A stretch of 64,000 bases of DNA from Eubacteriales bacterium (GTDB taxonomy: Bacteria > Bacillota > Clostridia > Oscillospirales > CAG-272): contig JAZNBK010000059.1 in assembly GCA_045587025.1 (NCBI GenBank), forward strand, positions 20 to 64,019, written 5' to 3'. The position numbers and the translations under genes are program-made. This document shows, piece after piece, positions 62,213 to 64,000 of the stretch; within the stretch, counting starts at the first letter, position 1; each line of letters opens with the position of its first letter. The notes beneath the pieces were generated by a model. That model worked only from the letters and a program-made list of their open reading frames with translations, was not told the DNA's origin and ran no database searches.

Positions 62213-64000
62213 ATGGAAAACGCAAAGAAGGTCCCCGAAATATTTGGCAGTATGGTCTTTGGCGATGCGGTTATGCGCGAGAGATTGCCAAAGGACGTTT
62301 ATAAGGCGCTCAAAAACACTATAGAAAACGGAGAAGCGCTGAAGCTCGATATTGCGAACTCGGTAGCTACGGCTATGAAGGAGTGGGCAATGGAGCGTGG
62401 CGCGACGCACTTTACGCATTGGTTCCAGCCGATGACGGGGATTACGGCGGAGAAGCACGACAGCTTTATAGAACCGCTCGATAACGGGCAGGTTATTATG
62501 CGCTTTTCGGGAAAGTCGCTCGTGAAGGGCGAGCCGGACGCATCTTCCTTTCCTTCTGGTGGGCTTCGCGCCACCTTTGAGGCGAGGGGATATACCGCTT
62601 GGGACCCGACCTCTCCCGCTTTTGTGAAGGAGGGAACTCTTTATATTCCCACTGCGTTTTGCTCGTACGGCGGAGCTGTTCTGGATAAAAAAACGCCCCT
62701 GCTTCGTTCTATGCAGGCGGTTTCAAAATCAGTGAAGAGAATACTTGAGATATTCGGCAGAAGCGAGCTTACCCCAACGACGACCGTCGGCGCGGAGCAG
62801 GAATATTTCCTTATCCCCAAAGAGCTTTACGACAAGCGCGAGGACCTCAGGTTCTGCGGAAGAACGCTTTTCGGCGCAACGCCGCCGAAGCGTCAGGAAA
62901 TGGACGACCACTATTTCGGCGCGATAAAAACGAGAGTAAAGGCGTTTATGGAGGAGCTTGATATCGAGCTTTGGCGTCTTGGCGTTATGGCGAAGACCGA
63001 GCATAACGAGACCGCTCCCGCGCAGCACGAGCTCGCCCCCATTTTCTCTACGACGAATATCGCCTGCGACCATAACCAGATTACTATGGAAATGATGAAG
63101 AAGATAGCCGAGAGACACGGGCTCGTTTGCCTTCTTCACGAAAAGCCCTTTGCGGGCGTGAACGGAAGCGGAAAGCACAATAACTGGTCGCTTTCCACAA
63201 CCTCGGGCGTTAATCTTTTGGAGCCGGGCGATTCTCCCGACGAAAATCTGCAATTTTTGCTCTTTATCTGCGCCGTTATATGCGCAGTTGACGAATATGC
63301 GCCGCTTCTTCGCCTTACAGTCGCATCTGCGGGTAACGACCACCGACTTGGCGCGAGCGAAGCGCCCCCCGCTATCGTTTCTATCTTCCTCGGTGACGAT
63401 ATCACCGAGATTTTCGAGGCGATAGAAAGCGGAAAGGGCTACGATAAGAGAAGCAAGGTCTATATGGATATCGGTGCGGACGTTCTGCCGAAAATCCGCA
63501 AGGACAATACCGATAGAAACCGCACGTCGCCCTTCGCCTTTACGGGCAACAAGTTCGAGTTCCGTATGCTCGGCTCGTCGCTTTCTATTGCAGACCCGAA
63601 TATCGTGCTTAATACGATAGTATCGGAAATTCTCGACAGATTTGCCGACCGTCTTTCGGGCGCAAAGAACCTGCAAGCCGAGGTTCTTAAGCTTATAAAG
63701 GAAACCTATTCGAAGCACAAGAGGATAATTTTCAACGGAAACGGATACTCTGACGAGTGGACCGAGGAAGCGGCGAGAAGAGGGCTTCCGAACTTCAAGA
63801 CGGCGGCGTCCGCATTGCCTCAGCTCTGCTCTGCGGAGAACGTTGCGCTCTTTGAGCGACACGGAATATTTACTGCCTCAGAGGTCAATTCCCGTTGCGA
63901 AATTATGCTCGAGAGCTTTGCAAAAACGATACACATTGAGGCGCTCACCCTCACCGATATGGTGAATAAGGAAATTCTGCCCTCGGTAAGCGCATACGTA
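62213..64000 (+). CDS. glnN: Glutamine synthetase type III, 5' part (596 codons, continues past the window)
   Basis: Not in the ORF track because no stop lies within the window. My translation from ATG 62213: MENAKKVPEIFGSMVFGDAVMRERLPKDVYKALKNTIENGEALKLDIANSVATAMKEWAMERGATHFTHWFQPMTGITAEKHDSF... then ...EQEYFLI..., HNETAPAQHELAPIF, EKPFAGVNGSGKHNNWSL, NRTSPFAFTGNKFEFR. The frame is open to position 64000. Confidence 0.88.
   Translation, partial: MENAKKVPEIFGSMVFGDAVMRERLPKDVYKALKNTIENGEALKLDIANSVATAMKEWAMERGATHFTHWFQPMTGITAEKHDSFIEPLDNGQVIMRFSGKSLVKGEPDASSFPSGGLRATFEARGYTAWDPTSPAFVKEGTLYIPTAFCSYGGAVLDKKTPLLRSMQAVSKSVKRILEIFGRSELTPTTTVGAEQEYFLIPKELYDKREDLRFCGRTLFGATPPKRQEMDDHYFGAIKTRVKAFMEELDIELWRLGVMAKTEHNETAPAQHELAPIFSTTNIACDHNQITMEMMKKIAERHGLVCLLHEKPFAGVNGSGKHNNWSLSTTSGVNLLEPGDSPDENLQFLLFICAVICAVDEYAPLLRLTVASAGNDHRLGASEAPPAIVSIFLGDDITEIFEAIESGKGYDKRSKVYMDIGADVLPKIRKDNTDRNRTSPFAFTGNKFEFRMLGSSLSIADPNIVLNTIVSEILDRFADRLSGAKNLQAEVLKLIKETYSKHKRIIFNGNGYSDEWTEEAARRGLPNFKTAASALPQLCSAENVALFERHGIFTASEVNSRCEIMLESFAKTIHIEALTLTDMVNKEILPSVSAYV

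Noticed and set aside
62729-63862. 377-aa ORF on the minus strand listed in the ORF track
   Set aside because: It lies antisense to a much better + strand reading frame (62213 to the window end) that translates into clear type III glutamine synthetase motifs. The minus-strand product is Arg/Leu-rich and shows no motif, SD or promoter.

Overview
This window is the chromosomal replication-origin region of a spore-forming Firmicute. It looks Clostridia-like and mid-40s % GC by eye; the taxon is a guess. The left arm (1-15.5 kb) is entirely on the minus strand: lemA plus a DUF3137-like membrane protein, an Sfp-type PPTase, RNase J, an XRE/lipoprotein pair, then gyrA-gyrB-remB-recF-dnaN-dnaA. oriC occupies the dnaA-dnaN spacer (13817-14128) and the region upstream of dnaA (15527-15791). 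The right arm carries a GT2 glycosyltransferase, spoVAC-AD-AE, pyrR and a DUF975 protein. It continues with a GldA/GldF/GldG-type ABC system (two GldG paralogues plus DUF4340) and two lipid-anchored trigger-factor paralogues flanking rnhA. Next is a 15-kb block transcribed against the expected fork direction: flavin reductase, SDR, rnc, coaD, rsmD, uvrC, ptsH, two small anchored proteins, an O-antigen-ligase-like protein, trmD, rimM, pheT, pheS and a MATE transporter. After that come a CPBP protease, tadA, a GT4 glycosyltransferase, traX, a 1230-aa acidic lipoprotein, and folC-folT behind a THF riboswitch. The window ends with a small membrane protein divergent from an XRE-S24 repressor, a YitT-like protein, a lysine riboswitch driving an NhaC-family transporter, a DEDD exonuclease, and a type III glutamine synthetase. 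That last gene runs off the window end and is missing from the supplied ORF track. I saw no tRNA, rRNA, CRISPR array, transposase, integrase or recognisable defence genes, so this is mostly core genome. Five things deserve a second look. (1) oriC has textbook DnaA-trios but no canonical DnaA boxes, and the DnaA recognition helix is substituted. (2) Three long arrays of 10-bp-phased A-tracts sit upstream of near-consensus promoters. (3) Two lipoprotein trigger-factor paralogues carry a nested FKBP-like insertion. (4) A Gram-positive GldG/DUF4340 ABC system of unknown function sits next to them. (5) An orphan giant acidic lipoprotein shows every sign of very high expression. All functional calls come from reading motifs by eye; no database search was run.
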